A stretch of 32,000 nucleotides of DNA from Mycobacterium leprae TN (GTDB taxonomy: Bacteria > Actinomycetota > Actinomycetes > Mycobacteriales > Mycobacteriaceae). The stretch is taken from NCBI RefSeq assembly GCF_000195855.1, contig NC_002677.1, positions 1,740,001-1,772,000 of the forward strand, written 5' to 3'. The notes beneath the pieces are model-generated. The model saw nothing but the letters and a program-made list of their open reading frames with translations. It did not search any database and was not told the DNA's origin. Made by a program: the position numbers and the translations under genes. How positions within the stretch are numbered: the stretch's first letter is position 1; each line of letters opens with the position of its first letter. Below, piece after piece: positions 1-9,384 of the stretch.

Positions 1-97
1 ACTTGACCTCAACCCCAGGCCAACCTAGGCCGGATCGAAGTCCCGATCTGGAATCGGGATAAATACGGTGCTCATCGGTGCTGCCGACTTGTCGGAG

Positions 98-484
98 TCA
101 ACTTCCAGACACTCTGAGCTCAAGACCGACATTGTTTTGCATACCTCCGCGCAACTTGCTGACGAAGTTGAACAGCCGGCCCTGGATGCCGTACTGCTTG
201 CAGATTGCGTCATAGACGCTGCCCGTTTGCAACTTATCGAGGATGGTGGCGTTACCCTGGACACCCGCGCTCGTCGCGCAACCACGTACGTTGCAAGTGG
301 CTAGCGTAATCCGGGGGTTATTGCGGATTCGCTTGACCTTCCACGCCTTTCCCGCGGATATAGCTAGCAGCCGGTCGCCGTCAGCGGCCGCCCAGATGGG
401 AGTCGGCTTGGGTCGGCCATCCTTGGTGAATGTGGTCAACAGGATGTACTTTGCCTTGGCTAAGTCGGCAAATGTGGGCGTCAC
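98..484 (-). CDS. Rv2061c-like F420/PPOX-fold (pyridoxamine 5'-phosphate oxidase-like) protein
   Basis: ORF 98..583 contains VTPTFADLAKAKYILLTTFTKDGRPKPTPIWAA...GGMQNNVGLELRVSGS, typical of this family. Likely GTG start at 484; upstream codons are probably not translated. Confidence 0.75.
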   Translation of the reverse strand: MTPTFADLAKAKYILLTTFTKDGRPKPTPIWAAADGDRLLAISAGKAWKVKRIRNNPRITLATCNVRGCATSAGVQGNATILDKLQTGSVYDAICKQYGIQGRLFNFVSKLRGGMQNNVGLELRVSGS

Positions 485-582
485 AGCCCCAAGCTTACCG
501 GTGGCGAACCGTCCAGATCGCCCTAGGTTTCCAACAGCACCTGACGCAACTGATCGAGAATGCTCGGTTGCGAGCCGGCCCA

Positions 583-831
583 CATGCTGCGGTCATTCAC
601 CTCCAGCAGATGTTAGGTCATATAGTGCAATGCCCACGGGCTGGACTCCGCCATGCGCTCCCGGTTCTCCGAGTCCAGAACGTAGCGCTAGGCAAGTTGT
701 TCATACATCCAGTCGGCCATTACCCTGGTGGTGGCGTCATAACCGAACAGTTAATCAACGGTCACCGCCATCTCGAACGCCCCCTTGTAGCTCTGTGCCG
801 ACGCAACGCACCTGCTGCACGAAATCAATCA
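583..831 (-). pseudogene. cobN: cobN (cobaltochelatase subunit) C-terminal remnant
   Basis: Reverse strand reads YKGAFEMAVTVD-LFGYDATTRVMADWMYEQLA*RYVLDSENRERMAESSPWALHYMT*HLLEVNDRSMW...LDQLRQVLLET, a CobN C-terminus interrupted by in-frame stops. Confidence 0.8.
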
Positions 832-886
832 GTGCGGCCATCAATCAGTCTACGACAATTGGTCGTAGACTGATTGATGGCCGCAC
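832..886. repeat. Perfect 25-bp inverted repeat with 5-nt spacer (832-856 / 862-886)
   Basis: GTGCGGCCATCAATCAGTCTACGAC - AATTG - GTCGTAGACTGATTGATGGCCGCAC; the arms are exact reverse complements. Confidence 0.95.
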
Positions 887-903
887 ATTTAAAGTGGATC
901 CCT

Positions 904-1458
904 ATGATCGCGTCTAGCGGCGACGAGGCCGTTACTGACCTCGCCTTAGCAGCTGCACGCGGGAGCAAACGAGCACTGGAGGCGTTTATCAAAGCCACCC
1001 AGCAAGATGTGTGGCGGTTCGTCGCCTACTTGTCGGATGTGGGCAATGCCGACGATTTGACTCAGGAGACGTTCCTGCGAGCAATTGGAGCCATCGAGCG
1101 GTTTTCCGGACATTCCAGCGGCCGAACCTGGCTGCTGGCCATTGCGCGCCGGGTGGTCGCCGACCACATCCGCCGGGCCCAAACACGACCCCGCACCACC
1201 TTCGACGGCTACCCCGAACGCATGCTCAACGCCGACCGCCACGCCCGCGGATTCGAAGACCTCGTTGAAGTGACAACAATGATCGCCAACCTTGCCACCG
1301 AACAACGCGAAGCCCTGTTGCTCACTCAGCTTCTCGGGCTGCCCTACGCCGATGCCGCCGCGGTGTGCGGTTGCCCGGTGGGGACCATTCGATCCCGGGT
1401 CGCCCGTGCCCGGGACGCGCTGTTGGCCGACACCGAGCATAACCACCTGACCGGGTAG
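904..1458 (+). CDS. sigC: ECF-type RNA polymerase sigma factor SigC
   Basis: ORF with sigma region 2 ([30 protein letters not shown]) and region 4 ([46 protein letters not shown]). Start chosen at [20 protein letters not shown] by similarity to the M. tuberculosis SigC N-terminus. Confidence 0.93.
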   Translation: MIASSGDEAVTDLALAAARGSKRALEAFIKATQQDVWRFVAYLSDVGNADDLTQETFLRAIGAIERFSGHSSGRTWLLAIARRVVADHIRRAQTRPRTTFDGYPERMLNADRHARGFEDLVEVTTMIANLATEQREALLLTQLLGLPYADAAAVCGCPVGTIRSRVARARDALLADTEHNHLTG

Positions 1459-1589
1459 AAATTTAGCACACAGCAAGGCGATTTCCCAGGCAACGGCATT
1501 GCTGAGTGCAATGACGACCCAAAACGTCGCTCCGTGCCTTATTACTCTTTGTCCTTGCCGTGCAAGGAGTTTCTGCTTGCCCGAGTCGG

Positions 1590-2170
1590 GCTATCCATTC
1601 GGTGGCTTGATCGACGGTGCCGATGTTCGTCGTCCCCGTCCAAGTAGCGGCGACCACTGCACCATACTTACCGGTATATATAGAGCGGCAGCAGCATCCA
1701 ACTTCGTTCAGGTCATGTCGCCGCCGCTATTTTTGATGACCAGCGTGTCTATGGAGTGTACACGCAAGCAGCTCGAACTCGTCGTCGTAGGGACACGCCC
1801 CCGGGACAGCAGCACCTGATGATGACGCAGCAACAACGTCTCAGTCCAGTACGGTGACCACCCGAATTAAAAAAACCACGCCTCACTGTCGGTGAACGCC
1901 TTTACGCTAGAGCGGTTCGTGGTGAGAAAAACTCTCGAATGTGTTGTTCTACAATTGCTTATGACGCCTCGGCGGCGTATGCTGTGATGGTCGTCGCCGA
2001 CGGGTGGTGTAATCTTGACCACAGCGTCAGTCACCTCGTCACACAGCCCAGTCCGTAAACCATCGCCGTCGCCGAGCCCGCCAATGCACACCGCACCGAC
2101 CGGCAATGAAGAGTTTGGCATCCGACCGGCCAGCGAACTAATGATCTCGATCTTAGGATAGAATGCCTTC
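1590..2170 (-). pseudogene. cobK: cobK (precorrin-6A reductase) pseudogene
   Basis: Reverse frames give LPVGAVCIGGLGDGDGLRTGLCDEVTDAVV, SRVFLTTNRSSVKAFTDSEAWFF and IDTLVIKNSGGDMT*TKLDAAAA, matching CobK blocks across frameshifts and stops. Confidence 0.8.
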
Positions 2171-2189
2171 GGCCAGCGTACAGCCTTCA

Positions 2190-2974
2190 GAGGTGCCGTC
2201 CAGCAGCAACCTCCGCATCAATGAGAGCCCTTTTTGCGGCGCGCAGTCGAATATTATATAGCTGTCCGTGAACCTTCGACGGCCAGTAAGTAGCCGACGA
2301 TGATGACAATGGTCTCGGTGATCTGGGCCTCATGCATCTGGTCGGCGATATCGGCCAGCGTGCCGCGAAGCATAGTCTGCCGCGGCCAACTCGCGAAAGC
2401 AACAACAGCTGCGGGGAGTTCAGGCCGGTTACCGGTTAGCAGCCGGCCAGCAGCTGCGAGATTATCACGTCGATCTGAGCAGAGGCCAGGCATAGGACTA
2501 GGCTAGGGCAGCCAAGGCTTCGCCCGGCGGCATGGCATAGAGTTCAACAGGGTCGCCGCCAAAAGCAGCGTCATTGTCTGTACCACTCCCGGGAGGATGA
2601 GTTCACTTTTTAGAACGACCGTTGCCATAGCGAAAGCCGGTACACCAGGCACCATGTCATAGTCGATGCCCCGTGCGTCGAGCCGGCGACCTTGTTCGAC
2701 CAACGCGTTATACAGCCGACGGATCTCCCGAGTGCAAGTGCGACACGTCGTGGCCGGCAGCGTCGGCGTAGGCGAGCTCGGTGACCGATCCGTTCAAACG
2801 TCAATGGACCGGTGTCGACAACTTTTGCGCCAGGTAAACAGCTGCACCAGCAGATCGTCGGAAATGATCGAACCTGGGTAGAGGCACAACCTGACATCTT
2901 TCCAGGAGCCGTTGGGCGCGGACGGTGATCAGGTCAGTTATGCGCGGGCCCGCGTCGATACAATACACCGTCAC
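2190..2974 (-). pseudogene. cobM: cobM (precorrin-4 C11-methyltransferase) pseudogene
   Basis: Fragments in several frames: VTVYCIDAGPRITDLITVRAQRLL, PGAKVVDTGPLTFE, GIDYDMVPGVPAFAMATVVLKSELILPGVVQTMTLL, VVAFASWPRQTMLRGTLADIADQMHEAQITETIVIIVG. Confidence 0.85.
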
Positions 2975-3085
2975 TCTAAATTACCGCCCATTGGGTAAGC
3001 GGCATCTGCGGGTGGCCAACCAGTGAAGTCGCCCAGCGGCTCACCACGATAACGCTCAACGCGTTGTAGCTGGTTAAAGGCTTAT
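2975..3085 (-). pseudogene. cobL: cobL (precorrin-6Y methyltransferase) C-terminal remnant
   Basis: Reverse strand reads LQRVERYRGEPLGDFTGW then, after a frameshift, PLTQWAVI*, resembling the CobL C-terminus directly upstream of cobM. Confidence 0.6.
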
Positions 3086-5335
3086 GTGACCGGTCCTTCC
3101 GCGTTCAAAGATGACATACATATCACTTAGGTAACGCGAGCCTGACCAAAATCACTCTGTTTACCTTGGGCACCATTGCAATGATGTTGCTGCTGGGCCA
3201 CCGCTACATAGCCATCACACTCGTCCAGCTGTTCATGACCGGTATAGCTTTGGCTTCGTCACGGACGAGTCATCGCGTTTCGCGCATACCACGACATATT
3301 CGAGCTCACCACGTTCGTCGCGAACACCCCTACATGCTGGCGATCACCGCCGGAACAGATTGCGGGATCTTCCTCGTCAACTGTTATCCAGAGGCACGTC
3401 AAGTCGGCTACGACCAAGACGACGTACTACACCATATTTCGTAGTGTGACCTCGGTTGTGCCAGGGTCGAGTCTGGCCATCGCTGGGGTGGCTTATTGCC
3501 CGAGCTTAACCAAGCTAGTCTGGTTCAACACCATGGGTGCGTCCGTGGCAATCGTAATGTTGGCTGTGGCGTTCCCCCGGGCTCACAATGGGTCCGGCTG
3601 TCATCTTCGTCGGCAGTTGTTTCGGTCTTTTCGAACGCAAGTGAGCGACCAGAGGCCGGCTGTGGCGGCGGATCGGCACTGAGTTTGGTCGTCAGCACCG
3701 CAATTCGTCCTGATCGCGCTATCGGAATGTGTCACGAGTTGCAACGACCGTTACTACTTGCCCGCCAACGTCCCGGCCAATCTTGACTACCAGACTGCCG
3801 AACGGCATTTCACTCAGGCGGATGAACACGGACATATTTATGTTCGATGCTAACCACGACATGCGGCCAACATGCTGGTACCGGATAAAGTGGCCAAAAC
3901 ATCATTCGCGTGGCGGGAATCGTCATGATTCAGGACATCACTAGGCCTCTGGGAATTCCCGATTAAACACAACTTGATATCGTTTCAGGACAGCATAGAT
4001 TCAAACGACCATGCAAAATATTAATTTTCTTAAAGATAGAGTAGCCTACATTCTCGAGATAGCCAAAGAAATGCAGTTCATGATCGAACGTATATATATA
4101 TATATATATACGTTGACGCAAGACCTTTCCAACGCCGCTGACGACAGTGCAAAGATCACAGCGGAAACACGTGATTATCACCGATAATTTGCGGAATCCA
4201 ATCGCTGATTTCAACGACTTATGACGACCGATCAGAACCTTTTTCTATTGGTTATAGGAACTGGTTCGACATAGCTATATGCTGGTCGTTGTTATACCTA
4301 TTCGACTCGTTGAACGAGTGCGACCAGCTTGCCAAGCAGTTCCACAAGATCACGGCTGATATCTAACACACCACCGCAGCCATTAACGATTTGCTGCCAC
4401 TGATTCCGCGATCATCAACACGATGAAGACCACAAAAGGCTTCATGCTAACGATGTACGTTACCTTCTCGGCAATGATCCATCGAATGGATGGTTATGAG
4501 CGATACCGTCATCGTCATGAGACAACCCCAAGAATGATGACTTCTTCTACTTTCCTTCGGAGGCGTTCGATACCCCGGACTCCAGACGGGTCTACGGATG
4601 CTCTTGTAGCCAGATACCAAGTCGGGGCGCTTTATCATCACCCATCGAAGCGATCCGATGAACAGTAAGGACATCTCGCGTTTCGCTGTGGAGCGAACCT
4701 ACGCACAAGAGGGACTGTAACACAGTTCCTCTTGTGCGTAGGCCAAGTTGCACCTCGAAAGTACTGCCGCGATTTCAAATACATGCACAAAGGTGCGAAA
4801 TACGACCTGATTATCGTGGGTGGCCCCGGCACTCACGCTGATCTTTATGATCATGCTGCCACTCACCCAACACCTGGTGACCGCGCTGGTGATCAGTCGG
4901 CACCGCAGCCAACTCAATTGCCGCGTCCTTAGGACTGCCTGTACTAGTATTGATAGGGTCTTGTCGGCTCAAAATCCACTGAATCGTCATGGCGCTGGCC
5001 GTCATCATCTTGCTGGTGGTCGGCTAAGACTACAGCCTACTTCTGGTCTCCCGATTCAAAAAAGATATCCACACCGGACTCAACACGAAGACAATCCAAT
5101 AGATGGAAAGCATCGGTGGGGTGGTGACGGTCACGGGTCTGGTATTCGCTTTCACTATGGCTGCCATACTCAACAGCTAACTGCCAGTTATCAGCCAGTT
5201 CGATACCAAGCGTCTGCATTGGTATGCTTATCGTGCGCATGTTGCTGGTGCCGTTGATCGCCACAATGCTAGGCCGCTAGTTCTGCTGGTTGCAAAAGTT
5301 GTGCACCAGCATGGAGACACTGCCCGGCAGAGTCT
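3085..5335 (+). pseudogene. MmpL-family (RND) membrane transporter pseudogene
   Basis: YVTGPSAFKDDIHIT, LTKITLFTLGTIAMMLLLGHRYIAITLVQLFMTGI, YYLPANVPANLDYQTAERHFTQA, DTMKTTKGFMLTMYVTFSAMI, KYDLIIVGG and LLLVSRFKKDIHTGLNTKTI..SIGGVVTVTGLVFAFTMAA occur in MmpL order across frames. Confidence 0.87.
4091..4110. repeat. (TA)10 dinucleotide microsatellite
   Basis: Uninterrupted tatatatatatatatatata flanked by cg on both sides. Confidence 0.98.
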
Positions 5336-5340
5336 AAGTC

Positions 5341-6071
5341 TCAGTTAGCTCCACGCAGACCGCGACAGCTCCGGCACTGACATACAGCGTCAGCACCGTG
5401 GTCAAAGACGTCACGATCGCTGGCTCGCACGCTTTTAGGGGCTGCGCTAGTGCCGCTGGCGCCAGCTGGATTGGCGACGTGGTGCACCGTCAGAGCCGAG
5501 GGGCCCTCACCGATCACTTCGCAAATCCGATCGATCATCGCGGCCGTAATCTGAAAGACAGTGCACAACCGTTGGACCAGAACAAGTTTGCCGTCCTCGA
5601 TACCCAACAGCGGTTTGAGCACCAGCGCGGTATCCAACCAAGCTTTGACACCACCGATGCGCCCGCTACGGCGCAGGTTGTTTAATCGATGCACCACGAT
5701 GAACGAGTTACTTCGTCGTACCGCTGAACTCGCAACGAAGGCAACGGTTTCTATATCACAACCGGTGGCCGCAGCCCGTTCAGTGACGGCACAAGTTCCC
5801 GGCAGCGCCGACGAAATATGCTACTGCCCCAACACACCACCACCCCCGATGTCAGTCAAAGCCTGCTGGTAGGCGGCACAGAGTGCAGCAGGAGTCGCCA
5901 CCGCGGTCGTGGCGTGGGAAGCTTATATACGTCGTAGGGGATATCGTCCACATCGTCGCGCAAATCGACACCGTCGAGCAAAATGCGTAGCAGAACCAAG
6001 CATATCGCCCACTTTTCGCACATAGCTTCCGTTAAAAATAACGACGCGTCAGTCACCATCACGACGGTCAC
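5341..6071 (-). pseudogene. DegV-family (Rv2417c-like) lipid-binding protein pseudogene
   Basis: N-terminal fragment MTVVMVTDASLFLTEAMCEKWAICLVLLRILLDGVDLRDDVDDIPYDVY, and a C-terminal fragment RRSGRIGGVKAWLDTALVLKPLLGIEDGKLVLVQR... in different frames. Confidence 0.85.
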
Positions 6072-6153
6072 GGGCGCAGCTCATCCTCATCGCTTCGTCT
6101 CCTGCAAGCGGGAGGTCCCCCTACTAAACCGTCTCCAGCGCGAGAGTTATAGC

Positions 6154-6897
6154 CTAGCCGAGGGATTTCTCGTTTGGCACCCCGGCTTCGGTCAGCGCCT
6201 TGATCATCAGTTCCGCAACAGCTTGGTGTGCCTCGAAATTCCAATGAATGCCGTCCGGATTACCATGTCCGCCTATAATGTACTCGGCAACAGCTGCTTT
6301 GAGATCCACCAAGGGAATAGCATGGCACTGCGCCCATTCCGTGATTGCCGCCACGGTCCCCGGTCGGCCGTGGTGAGCCTTGTCGTAAGTCTCGGCGATG
6401 TGCACCGACGGTAGTGATGCCACAATCGGGATTCCTGGACGGTTGAAATGGATTGCACCACGCGTCCTTTCAAGGTACTGAGCGGTCAAGTACGGCGGTA
6501 ACGCGGCTTTAGCCACTGGTGACAATCGTGGCTGCACCCAGCCGTACCCGCCGCGGATCCAACGACGCAGCCAGGGCGGCCGCACGTAGCGGATCAGCTC
6601 ACGTAGCGCGGTAGGCAACACCGAAGGTAGCGAATCCATTCCGCCAGTAGCGAAGATGACAGCGCCTGCTCTGGGCAACGCCGCCCAGGACCGAGGATCC
6701 TGGGTTGCCGCCCACCAGACATCGCGGCACGTCCAGCCGATTCGACCCACCAGCTCCAAATCCCAACCTAATTGCGAAGCAACAATATTAGGCCAAATAC
6801 GGGGATCGTCAGCAGGCAAGCCGCCGGTAGGTCCATAGTAGGCCAGCGAGTCGGCGAAGACCAGCAATACGGGTCTTGACGCTACCTCAGAGCACAT
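6154..6897 (-). CDS. octT: Glucosylglycerate octanoyltransferase (Rv2418c-like, SGNH fold), methylglucose lipopolysaccharide pathway
   Basis: Intact 247-aa [57 protein letters not shown]...[17 protein letters not shown]; SGNH-like FADSL and DGIHWN motifs. Confidence 0.85.
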   Translation of the reverse strand: MCSEVASRPVLLVFADSLAYYGPTGGLPADDPRIWPNIVASQLGWDLELVGRIGWTCRDVWWAATQDPRSWAALPRAGAVIFATGGMDSLPSVLPTALRELIRYVRPPWLRRWIRGGYGWVQPRLSPVAKAALPPYLTAQYLERTRGAIHFNRPGIPIVASLPSVHIAETYDKAHHGRPGTVAAITEWAQCHAIPLVDLKAAVAEYIIGGHGNPDGIHWNFEAHQAVAELMIKALTEAGVPNEKSLG

Positions 6898-7561
6898 CGT
6901 TAGAGACCTGAACCGAAGCGTTCCACACGTCTAGACGCCACTGAATTAGATCCAGCTCGCTGTCTGACTCATCAGAATGACCGGACAGTTGCACCCAACT
7001 GGCATTACCCATGCTGCCCAAAATCGACCAATTGGCGACCGGGAGCCTTAACAGCGCAGCCGACAAGGCGGTGATCAAGCCACCGTGGGCCACCAGCACC
7101 ACCGGGCGATCCGGTTCATGACAGTCACCCCACTCCGGGGCACCAGACACCACTTCAGTGACCACCGGCAAACTGCGGGCCGCCACGTCAACCCGACTCT
7201 CCCCGCTATGCGGTGCCCATGTTGCGTCTTCGCGCCATGCCAGCCGGGCACCCGGAGCATCGGCATCGATCTGGCTGTGGGTTAGGCCCTGCCAGTCGCC
7301 GAGGTGGGCCTCACGTAACCGGTCGTCCACCCAGATCTTCAACCCGGTCCGCTCCCCCAGTTTGATCGCCGTGTCATAGGCGCGCCGCAGATCCGACGAC
7401 ACGATCCGCAACGGCTGCAACTTACCCAGTACCTCGGCAACGGCGACCGCCTGGGCGCGACCCAATTCACTAAGCTCGGTGTCTAGCTGGCCCTGCATCC
7501 GGCCACCGAGGTTGAAGTCCGTCTGCCCATGCCGCAACATCACCAAACGACGCGTCCTCAT
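6887..7561 (-). CDS. gpgP: Glucosyl-3-phosphoglycerate phosphatase (histidine phosphatase superfamily)
   Basis: [34 protein letters not shown], with the RHG catalytic motif and later VLVAHGG. Start chosen at MRTRRLVML. Confidence 0.9.
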   Translation of the reverse strand: MRTRRLVMLRHGQTDFNLGGRMQGQLDTELSELGRAQAVAVAEVLGKLQPLRIVSSDLRRAYDTAIKLGERTGLKIWVDDRLREAHLGDWQGLTHSQIDADAPGARLAWREDATWAPHSGESRVDVAARSLPVVTEVVSGAPEWGDCHEPDRPVVLVAHGGLITALSAALLRLPVANWSILGSMGNASWVQLSGHSDESDSELDLIQWRLDVWNASVQVSNDVL

Positions 7562-7950
7562 CACGGGCTCGCTGATTGCCCGGAGTGTTGAGATATGTCC
7601 ACCGGTACCACCAGGCAATCACCCCACAGTCGATCCAGGGCATAGAAGTCACGATCGTCCTGATGCTGAATATGTACAACGATGTCGTGGTAATCCAGCA
7701 GAGTCCAGCGGCCTTCACGAGCACCCTCACGGCGTGCCAACCGGTAGCCTGCTTGGCGCATTTTCTCCTCGACCTCATCGACGATGGCATTGACCTGCCG
7801 TTCGTTGGACGCCGAAGCGATGACGAAACAGTCCGTGATGCCCACCAGTTGCTCGGAGACATCGATAACGACAACGTCGTTAGCTAGCTTCGCGGCGGCC
7901 GCTGCGGCGGCCACTGTTGCCATGTCGATCGCCTCCTTTGTGGCATTCAT
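7561..7950 (-). CDS. rsfS: Ribosomal silencing factor RsfS
   Basis: [42 protein letters not shown]...[33 protein letters not shown], the classic RsfS/DUF143 signature; start [11 protein letters not shown]. Confidence 0.92.
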
Positions 7951-8621
7951 GTGTTGTTTCCGACGACCAGACTGGGCGTCGTTAAGCGCCCAGTCCCAGC
8001 CACGCCGTGAGGTCCACGATAGAGTCGGCGCTTGAACACGTACTGCACGACACCGTCGGGCATCAGATACCACAGCGGTTGACGCTGCTCGACACGTTGC
8101 CGGCAGTCGGTCGACGAGATCGCCAGCGCCGGGATTTCGACCAATGTCAACGCGTCTGCGGGCAGCTCGCCCATAACCCCGGTGATGTGCTCTTGGCCCA
8201 GCTCATATCCGGGTCGGCTGACCCCGACGAATCGCGCCAAGTCGAAAAGCTCGTCCCAACCTTGCCAAGACAGAATGGAAGCCAGCGCGTCGGCGCCGGT
8301 AATGAAGTACAGTTCGGAGTCAGGGTTGAGGGCATGCAGATCGTGCACCGTATCCCTGGTGTAGGTGGGGCCGGTGCGGTCGATGTCGACTCTGCTCACC
8401 GAGAAACGCGGATTGGACGCGGTTGCGATCACCGTCATCAAGTACCGGTCCTCAGCAGCGGAGACGTGCCGACCCTTTTGCCAAGGCTGCCCGCTGGGCA
8501 CAAACATCACTTCATCGAGTTCAAACATGTGCGCCACCTCACTTGCAGCAACCAGGTGACCATAGTGGATGGGGTCGAACGTCCCACCCATGATTCCCAG
8601 CCTACGAAAGTGTTTTTGCAC
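7947..8621 (-). CDS. nadD: Nicotinate-nucleotide adenylyltransferase
   Basis: [24 protein letters not shown]...[15 protein letters not shown]...[10 protein letters not shown]; nucleotidyltransferase [11 protein letters not shown] motif. Confidence 0.92.
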
Positions 8622-8702
8622 AATTCGCCAGTTTACTTGAGCGCATCGCGAAGGTCGTGATCGCGCTAGTTAGTCGCGGCAGTCAAATTGTAGCCTCTAG
8701 GC

Positions 8703-8935
8703 ATGCGTGCAACCATTGATAAAGCAGGCAGTTTGGTTATCCCGTCGCCTCTACGCAACCATCTCGGGCTGCGAGAGGGTGAGTCGAAGTAACCGCTGAC
8801 AGCGCTGGACTGCGCACAGAACTGCTAGCCGGTGACTAACTCGACAAGCGAGAGGAGCGCTTTGTGATACCGACAGGGGGAGCGGAAATCACCGACGCCA
8901 TCGTCCAGACATTGCGCGATGCCGATCAATGCTAG
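8703..8935 (+). pseudogene. VapB-like antitoxin relic (AbrB/SpoVT DNA-binding type)
   Basis: ATG at 8703 reads MRATIDKAGSLVIPSPLRNHLGLREGES then an in-frame stop; a shifted frame continues ...REERFVIPTGGAEITDAIVQTLRDADQC* ending at 8935. Confidence 0.7.
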
Positions 8936-9350
8936 CACACCCACATCACTTGTGGACACTAGCATCGCCGTACTGATGGTCACCGATCACGACCACCACG
9001 AAGAAACATTCCGAGTACTACAAACAGCCGGACAGTGAGTCTGGTCAGCCACGCCGCATTTGAGACATTCTCTGCCCTGGCCCACCTGCCACCGTCGGAC
9101 CGCAGGACTGCAGTGACCATTGCGAAGGTACTGGAACAAACACCTTTCCGGAGACCAAGTTTCTCGGGACTTGCGCCGCCACAGCACTACTGGGAAAAAC
9201 CGAAACGGCCAAGACTCGCCGGTAACGCAGTTTATGACGCTCTAGTCGGCACCACGACCAAGGAACATCCACCCAGTCCTAGTGACACTTCGTGATCGGC
9301 GAGCAGTGGAAGTCTGTCTCACTCTCGACATGGACATCGAACTGTTAGCC
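8930..9350 (+). pseudogene. VapC-like PIN-domain toxin relic
   Basis: TPTSLVDTSIAVLMVTDHDHHEETFRVLQTAGQ* then ORF 9035 SLVSHAAFETFSALAHLPPSDRR...GNAVYDALVGTTTKEH, then TLRDRRAVEV. PIN acidic residues (VDTS, FETF, VYDAL) sit in order across a stop/frameshifts. Confidence 0.72.
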
Positions 9351-9384
9351 CGAGCAATCGTGGCGACCTCCAACCGGTAACAGT

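Noticed and set aside
243-917. 224-aa + strand ORF spanning the Rv2061c-like gene, cobN relic and hairpin
   Set aside because: Opposite strand to a recognisable gene and a relic; low complexity and no family similarity.
8007-8660. 217-aa ORF on the + strand
   Set aside because: Fully antisense to nadD, typical of high-GC shadow ORFs, with no recognisable domain.
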